Assembly: GCA_951406725.2 (NCBI GenBank)
Contig: OX597817.1
Coordinates: 129,580,001 to 129,644,000 of the forward strand
Length of the DNA stretch: 64,000 nt
Direction: 5' to 3'
Source: Octopus vulgaris
Lineage: Eukaryota
Shown here: piece by piece, positions 14,729-27,020 of the stretch
Numbering within the stretch: position 1 is the stretch's first letter
Layout of the letters: every line of letters starts with the position of its first letter
Made by a program: the position numbers and the translations under genes
The notes under the pieces: generated by a model
Seen by the model: only the letters and a program-made list of their open reading frames with translations
Databases searched by the model: none
Told to the model about the DNA's origin: nothing

Positions 14729-15140
14729 CCTTTCGAGCGTTAGGCCTCATGGAGGCAATGTGGCCGATGCTGATGTCGCATGACTAGCACCCATGCCCGT
14801 GACATATAAAAAGCACCTTTCGAGCGTTGAACCTCACGGAGGCAATAACAAATGACAGAAGCCTTCGGCAATATGCCATGCTTGAGTAGAATACCCATCA
14901 AGTCAAGTGAAATTGTAGTCACGGTAGATACTGGTTTCATGCAGCTGGTACCCATACCGGTGGCACGTAAAAGCACCCATTACACTGTCAGGGAGGTTGG
15001 CGTTAGGAAGCGCATCCAGCTGTAGAAAACATATCAAATGAGACTGGAGTCTGATGCAGCCTCTCTGTATGTCAGCCCTGGTCAAACTGTCCATCCCATG
15101 CCAGCATGGATAACAGATGTTAAAAGATGATGATGATGAC
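14729..15140 (+). mobile_element. RTE-tail-type retroposon with internal tandem units (family D)
   Basis: Repeated GTGGCACGTAAAAGCAC units and a tail CCATGCCAGCATGGA...GTTAAA(GAT)n. Relatives at 15640-15910 (-), 23970-24325 (+), 27228-27650 (-) and 28590-29283 (-). Confidence 0.65.
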
Positions 15141-15477
15141 AGCGATATTTGATTGGTTGCTGAATAAAAATTCATTAGAGAATTATAGCATTATCAACAG
15201 TTCTTCATTATTTTCCACAGAATTGTGAAATTATTTTACATATTCCCTACCATGAGTAAAAAAAACATGAGTGATAAAAGATATCCATGTTTTTGACATA
15301 TTCTACAGAATATATAAAACAAGCTATATGCTTCGGGATGTGGTAATGAACAGATGGGAATGTAATGAGGTTTTGTAATGGATTTTTATGAGCAACCAAT
15401 TAAGTTTTGAGGTAATCTTCTGTGAAAATATGTATGGTCATTGTGCTGTTCATGTTTAAAAAAACTAGGGAAAATAC

Positions 15478-15523
15478 TAGCAATTTGTAAGATGGCACCA
15501 AGGTTCATGTGAGCCGTAGCAAC
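15478..15523 (-). CDS. TMTC2: TMTC2-like last visible exon (3' boundary uncertain)
   Basis: ttcttttctacAG acceptor; VATAHMNLGAILQIA matches TMTC2 YPAALMNLGAILH. It either ends at a weak GTATTT donor (15477) or reads through to TAA at 15388-15386. Confidence 0.75.
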
Positions 15524-16092
15524 CTGTAGAAAAGAACAAAATTAAAATTTTATTGCAGCCAATTCAATGTCAGAGTAAACAGTAGGGTGTTAAAATAAGC
15601 AGAGGCAGAATGCATCTAACTATTTAACAAATCAACATCACCATCATCATTTAACATCCACCTTCCATGCTGGCATGGGTTGGGCAGTTTGACAGGAGCT
15701 GACCCAGCAGAAGACCTACACCATGCTTCTGTATTTGATCTGTTTAGCATAGTTTTTATGGCTGGATGCCCTTCCTAACACCAACCACTCCACTGAGTGA
15801 ACTGAATGCTTCTTACATGGCACCAACACAGATGAGGTAAGTTTTGGCATGGCTTTTACAGCTGGACACCCTTACAAATGCCAACCACTTCACAGAGTGA
15901 ACTGGATGCTTTTTGAAAAATCATCTAGATGACTAATAAGACAGCCTCTACAAAGTCACTCAAGCTCCTAAATGTAGCTGGTAAACCTACTATCTTTAGA
16001 AACAAAAAGCAGGACAACATAATGGATATTGTACCATGTGCCTGAATAAAAATTGTGAGTCACAGTTGGAGTACCTTTGATCATGGGTTGGC

Positions 16093-16317
16093 TTAATCCT
16101 TTAGCATTTGAAGTGGCCATCCAGCCAAGATAATCTATCACTTTTATATTCAAATTAGCCATATCCAGTCTTTCACACCTACCCTACAATGCTATTTTAA
16201 AAATAAACAATCACAGCCTTGGAATTCAAAGCTATGAGATAATATATGATTGATTCAAAATAATGTCAGTAAATAAGCATTACATTAGACAAACTAATCT
16301 GAAATGCTACAGGTGAA
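16093..16317. mobile_element. Degenerate TTAA-type (piggyBac-like) MITE
   Basis: Ends TTAATCCTTTAGCATT and AATGCTACAGGTGAA are imperfect inverted repeats. Confidence 0.45.
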
Positions 16318-16842
16318 GCCATCCTTGGTGGAATTTGAACTCTGAGCATTAAGACAAAATGCCACTAAGCATTTTGCTTGGTGTGCTAATGATTCAGCCA
16401 GCTTGTCACCTTAACAACAACAACAATAATGTTTTCTGATTTTGGCAAAATGCCAGTAATTTTAAGGGGAGGGGTTACATCAATCCCAGTACTTGACTGA
16501 TACTGTATTTTATTAACCTTGAAAAGATGAAAGGCAGAGTTTACCTTGGTGCTATTTGAACTCAAAACATAAAGAACTAGAAGAAATGCTGTTAAGCATT
16601 TTATCTGATTCATTAATGATTTTGCCACCTCACTACCCTTTTATCCCATGCAACAGTATATAATATAGCCTTAGGTTCTCTGAGCATAGGAAAAAGACAG
16701 GAGGGTTACAGCCAGAATGATTTTGATCAAAGCTCTGCTTGATTTGATCAGGGTTGAGCTGGGAAACAGAACCAAGCAGGTACTCAACAACAACATTCAT
16801 CCCCAAATTCCCAAATGAGAGAAGTTCTAAACAGTTCCTTAC

Positions 16843-16906
16843 TTGAGGATTCAGCTGTGTAGCCCTTTGGTAAAAATCTTCAGCTTCAGTGTAGTTACCA
16901 GATTGT
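16843..16906 (-). CDS. TMTC2: TMTC2-like TPR exon
   Basis: ttttcctttccAG acceptor and GTAAGG donor; 64 bp, phase 2 to 0. (R)QSGNYTEAEDFYQRATQLNPQ matches TMTC2 RQASLNEAAEKYYDLAARLRPN. Confidence 0.85.
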
Positions 16907-17529
16907 CTGGAAAGGAAAAACATTGAAATTTAAGATGTATGCTTTAGGCTGCTAACCTCATATTATGAACAAAAAAAAAACATGGATGTGTGGTTAAGAA
17001 GATTGCTTTGAAACTAGGTGACACTGGGTTCAGTCCCACTGCATGACACTTTGAGCAAGTATTTTGTAGTATTGCACAGGGCTGTAGTATGGTTTGTGAA
17101 TGAATTTGGTAGACATGAACTGGAGCTGCATCATACATATATATATATGTATATGTGTGTGTGTGTGTGTGTACATATGTGTGTGTGTTTGTGTGTATAT
17201 ATATGTGTGTGCATATATTTATGTGTGTGTGGGTATAGATATGTGTGTATATACATATATGTGTGTGTGTATATATATATATGTGTGTGTATATATATAC
17301 GTGTGTGTATATATATATATGTGTGTGTGTGTGTATCTCATGTGATCACATGACCTACAAAACTATCAGATGTTATTACACACTGCTAGTCACAAGGCAC
17401 TTTGCATTGTTTTAGCCTTCGAATAATGCCACCCAGCTGGTCAGGTGAACAGGCCAACATTCCCCCACTTGATCGAAAGGGCGACTGGAACAATGTGAAA
17501 TGAAGTGTTTTGCTCAAGAGTGATATGCA

Positions 17530-17576
<47 letters not shown>

Positions 17577-17923
17577 ACAGGTATCTGAAAATGTATCAGC
17601 TCTTTGTCATCGCCTAAGAGGAACAAAGATGACATTTACATTCCTTGTGCTTTCAAAGACTGTGGAATAAAAATATCTCTTACTTAGAAAAAAACAGGTA
17701 AGAATTGGCAACAGCAAGAGCTTCCAGTCTCCAACAAGCCTTTTTCTTAGTCATGCTAGCAAGGGAAAATGGACATCAAACCAAGGAACGAATATATTTG
17801 TTTACTTTAGATTGTGCGCTGGGGACATTGAAGAATTTGAAATATCTTTTGAAGAAGTTGCTCAATTGCAATTACTGCTGTCTGTGTGTGTGTGTGTGTG
17901 TGTGCACATGCGTTCGTGCGTGC

Positions 17924-17954
<31 letters not shown>

Positions 17955-17987
17955 CAGCAGCAGCAGAATAATTCAACAAATATTTAC

Positions 17988-18069
17988 TGTAATGCTGGTG
18001 AGCAGTTTTGTACGTGGAATCAAGAGCCATTGCTTTTAAGTACCATTTTTCAGCTTTATCTGGTTGGTT
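17988..18069 (-). CDS. TMTC2: TMTC2-like TPR exon
   Basis: ccaaacAG acceptor and GTAAAT donor; 82 bp, phase 0 to 1. NQPDKAEKWYLKAMALDSTYKTAHQHY matches TMTC2 GRKSEAEKLFLKAIELDPTKGNCYMHY. Confidence 0.85.
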
Positions 18070-19259
18070 CTGTTTGGAATAGAATTGAAAATATATAGAA
18101 CAGAATAAAGAAAATGAACAAAGCAACAATAATAATAAGAAGAACTTCTGATGTAAGCACAAGGTTAGTAATTTTGAGAGGTGAGGTTTTAGTCTATATC
18201 ATCAACTCCAGTACTTGACTGGTACTTTATATCATCAGTCCCAGAGAGAGGAAAGTCAAAGTTGCCCTCAGTTAGATTTGAACCTAGAATGTAAAGAATT
18301 GGAGCAAATATGAAGCGGTATTTTTCTGCCTCTCTAATGATTCTGCTAATCCACTAACGCAAGGACTAAAATTTAGACGGAGATTTGGGTTAGTTGATTT
18401 AATCAACTTTATTACCCGACTAATATTTTATCTGATCAAGCTCAAATGGACAACAGGCAAAGTTTACCTAGGCAAGATTTGGACTGAGAATACAAAGAGC
18501 TTTGCCAAAACACCAGAAGGCAGTTCATCCAATTCTCTAATGTTTTAGTCAATCATTTTAACATCTACTTTTCCATGCTTGCATGGATGAAACAGTTTGT
18601 TGAGGCAGATCTACATTTTAATAATGCTGTTCCTATTGCCAACCTTTACTTGTTCCTATTTAAGGTAGTATTTCTCTATTGCCAGACAGGTTTCCACAGA
18701 ATATTGGAAATGAATGACATTCATTTACTACAATCATGCGAGGTGATGATAAGGAGACGCAAACACTCACATGCACATGTTTATACATACATATACATTA
18801 CATGCATGTGACTTAGTGGTTAGAGAGTTGGGCTCACAATTATGAATTAGTGACTTCAGTTCCTGGAACGGGCAATGTTTTATGTTCTTGAGCAAGACAC
18901 TTTATTTCATGTGGCTCCAGTTCACCCAGCAGTAGAAATGAGTAACTACGTCACTGGTGCCAAGTGGTATTGGCCTTTGCCTTTCCTTGCTTGGCCTGGG
19001 GCAGCAGTAGAAGAGATTTACTCATGGTGCCATGCAGTAGGACAGAATCGAAGACCACATGGTAGGGAAGCAAGTTTCTCAATCACACATCCACACCTAC
19101 ATCTATGCAGCCACCAATAATAATAGTGATGTTGTTTCTCATATAGGCACACGCATCAATCAAGAAGAGAAGAAAGAGGACATAAAATAGATTCACAGGA
19201 AAACAATGAAAGGCAGAAGGTAATAGATTAAAAAAAAAAAAAAATCAGTTTATACTTAC

Positions 19260-19583
19260 TCTTCTGGACAGCAGTTTAGCCATTGTGATGTGAGCTGGTA
19301 AATGGTCTGGCTTCACACGCAATGCTTCCTGGTACCAGAATTCTGCTTTGGCCTCATCATCAGATTTCATGTAAGCTTCACCTAACATATTGTAAATACT
19401 TTGCAATCCATAATAACTGGGTGCTCTTTGAATAGCTTTATTATAGGTCTTAATAGCCAACTGATATTTCTGTTGGTCTGCATACATTCTGCCAAGGTTA
19501 TAGAGAGCGGAGATCTTGGTACTTTCATGAAGTCGAGGGTGTCGCAAACCGGTAATATCTACATTTGAACAGTTCAAATAGCT
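19260..19583 (-). CDS. TMTC2: TMTC2-like TPR exon (108 codons)
   Basis: ttttcAG acceptor and GTAAGT donor; 324 bp, phase 0 to 0. SYLNCSNVDITGLRHPRLHESTKISALYNLGRMYADQQKYQLAIKTYNKAIQRAPSYYGLQSIYNMLGEAYMK...KPDHLPAHITMAKLLSRR matches the TMTC2-diagnostic LKDPHAHKSSVTSCLYNLG and QSLYNMMGEAYM segments. Confidence 0.92.
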
Positions 19584-20348
19584 CTGAAAAATATCATGAA
19601 TAACAGATTTCTGAATAAAAGTCAAGAACAACAATAAAATAAACAACAATAAAATAAAAGATAGGTGCTCTTTTTACACTGAACATCTCCATCTCTAATA
19701 CTATCAGTTAAAGAGGCAGCCTCCTAGAAATAGCAGGTAATTTTCTCTTAAATCAAATTTCACCATCTCAGAAAAAGATACACTGGATGATGTAGTACGT
19801 TCCTTGTACATATGAAAACAATGGAACAGTCATGGCTGGAACACTTTTGATTCATAGGTCAACTACAGGGCTAACCTGGGGCGAAATATTATCACCATCG
19901 CTGCTACAACAACTACCAATATCAGTGAAATCATCCTTAATATCACAACCTTCATTTCAATCATTACTACCACCATAGCTTTCACTGCTATTATTATAAC
20001 TACAACCACCACTTTTTAATTATACACCTATTACAGCTCAGTAATCGTAAACAATAACATAACATCTTCTCTACCAAAATCTTCATATGGATTCCTATTC
20101 AGTTATTTTAAATCATGATTAATATTTTACACTGAAGTACGGTGGCAAGATGGCAGAATCATTAACATTCTGGACAAAATGTTTAGAGGGGTCTACTTTG
20201 CTTTACATCTTATCAGGTTCAATGAAATAAGTACCAGTTAGGTACTGGGGTTGATGTAATCAACTAGTCTCCTCTACTAAAACTTCAGACCTTATGCCAA
20301 CAAAAGAAAGGAATATTTTATACTGAGTGGATCAGAATTATTTTTATT

Positions 20349-20709
20349 TGATAAATTATTTATCAAACAGTTATTAAATTTTGTCAGTTGTATCTAAGTC
20401 AAATATTCCTTTTTGTTTAACTCCCACTAATATTGTGAGATGTATGACTTAATGATTAAGATGTTGTTCTCTTAGTCATAAGGCTGTGGGTTATATCCCT
20501 TATCCAGGCAGTGTGCTGTGACCTTAAGCATTTCAGACTGTGTGTGTGTGTATATATAGAGAGAGAAAGAACAATAATAATATATAGGGAACAACACCTT
20601 AACCTTTAAGCCATACATCTCACAATAATAGTGGGAGTTAAACAGAAAAGATTATTTGACTTAAATACAACTGACAAAATTCAATAACAGTTTGATAAAT
20701 AATCTATCA
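20349..20709. repeat. About 104-bp inverted duplication with about 150-bp spacer
   Basis: 20349-20452 is the reverse complement of 20606-20709 with scattered substitutions. Confidence 0.9.
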
Positions 20710-22546
20710 CGTATATATAAATATATGTATGTATGTGTGTATGTGTAATTTTTTTGGACCAATAGGTATATGTCCATTAGTGTGTTGAGTAAAGCACATT
20801 CACAGTTTGGGCTACCATGGTTAGGGTACAAGTGAATGGTACAGCAGGCAAACAACATGACTGTGAGAACTCAGTATATTCAATGGGACACCACTTTATG
20901 TATATATGTACCTTATGTGACCCAGACTGCACTGATTGATGCAATACAACTGGATGTGCAACATCCCACTCATAAAGGACAGTCACAGGAGCGGAGTCGA
21001 TATGATCATCATACTCAATAAAAACTAATGCCAAATCCATCTTCTGCATACCATTCTGCTTAAATAATGGAACTGCAGATACAATATCCTTACGTATCTC
21101 ACGTCTGTTTTCATTCCTCCACTTCGCTCTGTATTTCATATCTTCTCTATAATAACTATTACTTAAACATTTTCTCACACCGTCTCTGATGAAGTGATAT
21201 ATATAAAATATCCCGGAAACCTTGGATTTTTTATCTCATTCTGTTAATTTTTATATATATATATACATATGACTGATGGGTTTCTTTCGGTTTCCATCTA
21301 CCAAATCCACTCACGTAGCCTTGGTTAGCCTAAGACTATAGTAGAAGACACTTGCCCAAGGTGCCACACAGTGGGACTGAACCAGGAAGCAAACTTCTTG
21401 CAACACCTGTTTAGTTCGTTTTTATAATCCATTTGGTGGGTAGACACCATCATTATAATTGTTTTGTTTTATTTTAAAACTCCACTAGATATTTTAAGCA
21501 CAATTAGTCATTTAGATATTGATTATTCTTACTAGAAACGATGTAACTCTAATTAATTCACTACAGAAATATTGTTAGCACTCATCAATTTTACTATCTA
21601 ACTTCTATGTAACAGGTTACTTCCCTAGTCCTTTATGTTTTTATATTATTTCGTGTTCACCAAAGAAAATCCTACAATCATTTACTCACACCATGATTTT
21701 GGTACTCACAGTTACGCTGTGATTCACAGATCAGGTCTAGTACAACCAAAAGGTGCCCGAGGTTGTCATTGGATTGCTAATAATTAAACTCCATCTCCTC
21801 TGCCTTTTATATTTGATATGTTTTGATTGATATATTTTAATTAATTATAAAATCACGCTTCTGTCCCCACCCATTTCTTCTACCAAAATTAGTCAGAATT
21901 TCTCTCATTACTTTAGATACCTTCGTACTAAATTAAGTACAAACGCTTGCTTAACGGCTATACAATAGAAAGACATACAAACAGACGATTATCTACGTTG
22001 TCAAAGAGAATCGTCTGCGTCTCAAATTATATTTATCTTTTCTACTGGATAACATTTTTTTAAAATAAAATTCATGAAATACAAATGCCCGCCTTGAAAT
22101 GTCCGCCATTACATCCCGGCTAGGTCGACAGCAATTACTACGGGAAATAACTCTGAATGTAGCTAACGTACGAGTTATTTCCCTTTGACTATAAACCATT
22201 TTCCTTAGCCTGTAATAAAATTTCCTTTGATCTTATAATGTAAAGTATATAGATGACAAGATATATACGTAATTAGTCTATGGATTACATAATTAACATT
22301 TCATTGAAATTCGTAACTCGACAGAAAGTTATAGGGTGAATAGATTCGAAAAAGACAGGATTATATTCACAAATTGAACAAAGGATTATCAATTCGTGTA
22401 CGTGACAGAAAATACTTTCAAATAGTAATATATATATGATTAAAGTCATTATTTTCATTTCTATTTGATAGATATTCGTTCTGTTTTGTTAAAGGAATTA
22501 CTGCAGGTATTCCAATGATTATTTGGGCTTGGAGTTGGAGAAGTAA

Positions 22547-22630
22547 TTGCCGTTAATCTGCGAAGATTGGATGAAAAATTTAGAAATCTTGCCGTTAAAC
22601 TGCGAAGATTGGATGAAAAATTTAGAAATC
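22547..22630. repeat. 42-bp tandem duplication
   Basis: TTGCCGTTAA(T/A)CTGCGAAGATTGGATGAAAAATTTAGAAATC x2. Confidence 0.9.
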
Positions 22631-23565
22631 TCTTTTCTCCAAAATAATGCTTAGTACAATTTATGTAACTATATTTTAAAATTAAGTTCATTTGAACTGA
22701 ATAAATAATGTTTATTAAAACATTCTTTGAACGAAACAGAACATTTACTAAAGCTTATTTTGAACAAAATTAATAAAGGACATTGATTAATAAACTATAA
22801 ACTGCATTTATAAGCAATTTTTGTTACGTTGAGCTTCCTTATCCAATAATTAAGTCAATATTATTTACAAGAAAGCTCGATTAAACACAAATTTCTAAAT
22901 TTCTTGGATGATCCTAACAAGTTTTCAAAAATAGTTCAATCGCAATTACCTCCCTTTTAACGCTTTTCACGATCTTCATGTTAAGACAAATATCAAGAGT
23001 ATATTAATGGTATTAGTCTTAAATCCCAGATAATGAAAATAGATTATCTTAAGATAGGCTAAAGGCCACAAAGTTAAGAACGACTCGGTTGATTAAATCT
23101 ATTCCAGTATTTGATTGGTACTTAAATTTAGCATCCTTGGGTAACCACGATGAGATTTTGTAAATACGTCAGAATACAAGGCCAAAACATTCTGACAAGC
23201 CAGAAGTCGATTACACCTATTCCAGTACTTAACTGGTATTCTATTTTACCGAACCAGGACGGATGAAAGGAAAAGCTGACATCAACAGCATTTTAACTTC
23301 GAACGTAAATATCTGAAACTGGATGCCACGCGGTATTTTGTTGGATGAGCTATCAATTTTGCAAATCCATCGCTCACGTTTATTTATTTTTTTTTTCCTC
23401 AAATTTTCAACATAAAGATATTACGAAAGAATATGGTAATTTAAAATGAATCCGATAAAAGTACTATGAAGTAAGCGTTAGTACTTGATTCCGTAGCAAG
23501 ATGAGAGAAATCCTGACTCATTTTGGTAGAAGAAATGGGTGGGGGCAGAAGCGTGAAATTTTTTA

Positions 23566-23644
23566 TCGGAAGGTTCAAACAAAGCTGACGCTCGGAAGGT
23601 TCAAACACAAAGCTGACGCTCGGAAGGTTCAAACACAAAGCTGA
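23566..23644. repeat. About 28-bp minisatellite x3
   Basis: TCGGAAGGTTCAAACACAAAGCTGACGC repeated three times. Confidence 0.85.
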
Positions 23645-24474
23645 TTTAGAACTCAAAGGACGTAAAGGGACTTAACTAAATATCACACAATATCAACAGG
23701 CTCATCATAGATGCTGTTGAAATATTAAGTAAAGGTCGCCTTGGGTGATGCGATATGTTTTTGTCATGATTCAATCTAGTGTTGAAGAGGATTTTAAAAG
23801 TTGAAGCAAATGTCGCAGATGTGACAGATGTATCAAATTATTCTGCTTGAAAGGGGATCATATGACTAGAAGGTCACAGAGAGCACAATGCCATTACATG
23901 TCTAGCAGAATTATGTGTATTGATATTGGGAGTTATTTCCCAGATTTATTGTATTTATAAATCAAAATCGTAATCGATCAGCATCAATGGAAATTGTAGC
24001 TGTGATACCACTGCCAATGGCACGTAAGAGAGCCATCCGAACGTGGCCGTTGCCAGCGCCACCCCAACTGGCCTCCATGCCGGTGGCACGTAAAAAGCAC
24101 CATCCGATCATGGCCGTTTGCCAGCCTCGTCTGGCACCTGTGCCGGTGGCATGTAAAAAGCACCCACTACACTCACGGAGTGGTTGGCGTTAGGAAGGAC
24201 ATCCAGCTGTAGAAACACTGCCAGATCAGACTGGGCCTGGCGCAGCCTTCTGGCTTCCCAGACCCCAGTTGAACCGTCCAACCCATGCTAGCATGGAAAA
24301 CAGACGTTAAACGGTGATGATGATTTAAATCCATTTATTCATCTAAGAGAGAACAATTGATTTCTTGATTTCAGAGAGGAAATCTCATTTCTATCTTTTT
24401 ATTTTTTACGTGTTTCAGTCATTGGACTGTTGCTATGGTGCAATGGTGGGAACTCCACCTTGAAGGGTTTAGAC

Positions 24475-24675
24475 CAGTGGTTTTCAACCAGAGTTCCGCC
24501 AGTACAGTCCAGGGGTTCCGCAAGAAGTTACAAAAATGCTAAAATCGACAGTAATTATTAATTCTCCTGTGCAGATATGTGTGCATAAGATAATTAAATT
24601 ATTGCACAGGGGTTCCTCGAGCCAGTGGAATGTTTCCTTGGGGTTCCGCTCCAGCAAAAAGGTTGAAAAGCACTG
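24475..24675. mobile_element. hAT (Charlie-like) MITE inserted into a SINE
   Basis: TIRs CAGTGGTTTTCAACC and GGTTGAAAAGCACTG; perfect 8-bp TSD GTTTAGAC at 24467-24474 and 24676-24683. Confidence 0.9.
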
Positions 24676-24843
24676 GTTTAGACAAACAAATCATTGACCC
24701 CAGTACATTTTTATTTTTTTAAGCCTGGTTCCTATTCTGTAGGTCTCTGTTTTTTCAAACTCCTAAGTTACAAGGATAGATGTAAACCAGTACCGGTTGT
24801 CAAGCAGTGGTGGGGGACAAACACACACATAGGTATATGCATG

Positions 24844-24880
<37 letters not shown>

Positions 24881-25324
24881 ATGCACGACTTTCTTCCATT
24901 TCTGTCAACCAAATCTACTTCATAAGCCTTTGGTCAGCATGAAGCTATAGTAAAAAGTGCCACACTGCAAAACTGAACTCAGAACCATGTGGTTGGGAAG
25001 CAAACTTTTTAACATGCAGCCACGCTTGCATTTTTTGTATTGATTTCTTTATCTATTGTATGATATATAGGGGTTCCTTCAGTTTCAGTCAACCAAATCC
25101 ACTCATAAGGCTTTGTTCAGCCCAGGGCTATAGAAGAAGTCACTTGCCCAAGCTGCCACACTGTAAAACTGAACTTGGAACCGTGTAGTTGGTAGACACC
25201 CAGCCACCCTTGTGCTTTTAGTATTGACTTCTTTAAATATTTTCTGCAGAAAATAACATTAGCTGGCTTCTAAGACATTGAGAGAAATACAACTACAAAT
25301 AAGTGTCATGTTTTATATAGTCAA

Positions 25325-25721
25325 CTAGCAGTATCGCCCGGCGTTGCTCGGGTTTGTTTCGACCCTTTAGAATCGGAATTTTTGAAAAGTAAACAATTTG
25401 CTTTATGTAGCTGGTTATTCTCTTTAAGCGAACATTTTTCTGGTTGAAATACACCGAAAAATGGCGACACAGCAGTCAAAAAATCGTTAAAAATAATAGG
25501 GATTTTCATAGACAAAAAGCACCTTTGTGATGTAAATAATTTTTGGTGTTTTAACATGGTCCGATTTGAATTTTTTCTTCAACAGAAGGAAGAGCAAGCC
25601 TTCTTCTATCATACTCTCAATTTTGGTCAACTTGCACCATAGGGTCTCGGAGGAGATAGTGTTAGTTGAAGGCTACCAAATCTGCCATACACAGACAACT
25701 TCAGATTTATATATAGAGAGA
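25325..25721 (-). mobile_element. Non-autonomous Helitron
   Basis: Minus strand A|TCTCTCTATAT ... hairpin CCCGAGCAACGCCGGG-CGATACTG-CTAG|T. The 3' terminus is shared with 3084-3468. Confidence 0.8.
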
Positions 25722-26988
25722 TAATGTTCTAGATCCGAATTCAATGACCAAGTCTTCAGTAAATTAACAATACAAATACTGACAATAAATATTCAGCAAA
25801 ATGCAGCTATCAAAAATAAAAGGATATCAAATATTACAAATGTTAAAATTCATGAAAGGCGTTCCAATCACATGCTTATTAATGAGGGCACAGAAAAACG
25901 AAAAATAATGGTGGAAAGAATATTCAACCGAAGTGAATTCAACAAAGCAACATCAGTGTAAATACTGATTTCTAATGTAGATACAAAAACAAAATTACAA
26001 GAGAGGAGTGTAGTTCATTACAGTTCTTGGGTGGTACTTAACAGGAAATGATTTAAGTTACACACATACATGTGCGTGCACACACACACACACACATGCA
26101 TACACACACGCACACACAGAGACACGCACATTTTTGAGCAAATGCATATATTGTTTAGATAGTTGGATTGGCTCTGTGTAAGGCCTGTCCCCATTTTGTA
26201 AATAGTTATAATATTTAGAGAAATACTTTTTCAAAATGTTAGGATTAAGAAAAAACCAAGAATGATGAATAATAGAAGAGTCATTGAATAGTAAGATAGG
26301 TGGGGGGAAAGCATGAGGAATAGTAGAAGTGTCATTGAATAGTGAGAGAGGAGGTCAGAGGAGTAAAGTTGGAAAAGTGTGACACACTGACACATGCTTT
26401 TGCACTTATTATTATAGATATATGGGTGTGAAGGCACATGGCTTAGTGGTAGTCAGCTCATGATCATAAGGTTGTGAGTTCAATTCCCAGCAGCATGTTG
26501 TGTCCTTGAGCTAGACACTTTATGACATGGTGCTCCAGTCCACTCAGCTGACAAAAATGAGTAGTACCAGCAATTCAAAGGGCCAGCTTTATCACATTCC
26601 ATGTCATGCTGAATCTCCCTGAGAACTATTAAAGGTACGCATGTCTGTGGAGTACTCAGCCACTTGCATGTTAACTTCATGAGCAGGCTGTTCCATTGAT
26701 CAGAGTGCCATTTATGTATGTGGAAGAGAGTGTAATTCGGCACGAGAACTTAAACAGCATGCAAAGGTACATGAAGCCCAGTTACAACTACAGCCGGCTA
26801 TTACCGGTAAAGGTTTTAGCTGTCAATTCTGTACATGACATTGTAGATCTTCAGCTGGGCTAAAAAGTCACATTTGATCACAGCACCAATAACAGTTAAG
26901 CTTTGTTCAATGGCCATACTCGATAACGAGGGGGCAGCTATCATCATGTATGTATGTATGCATGTATGTATGTATGTATATAAGTATG

Positions 26989-27020
<32 letters not shown>

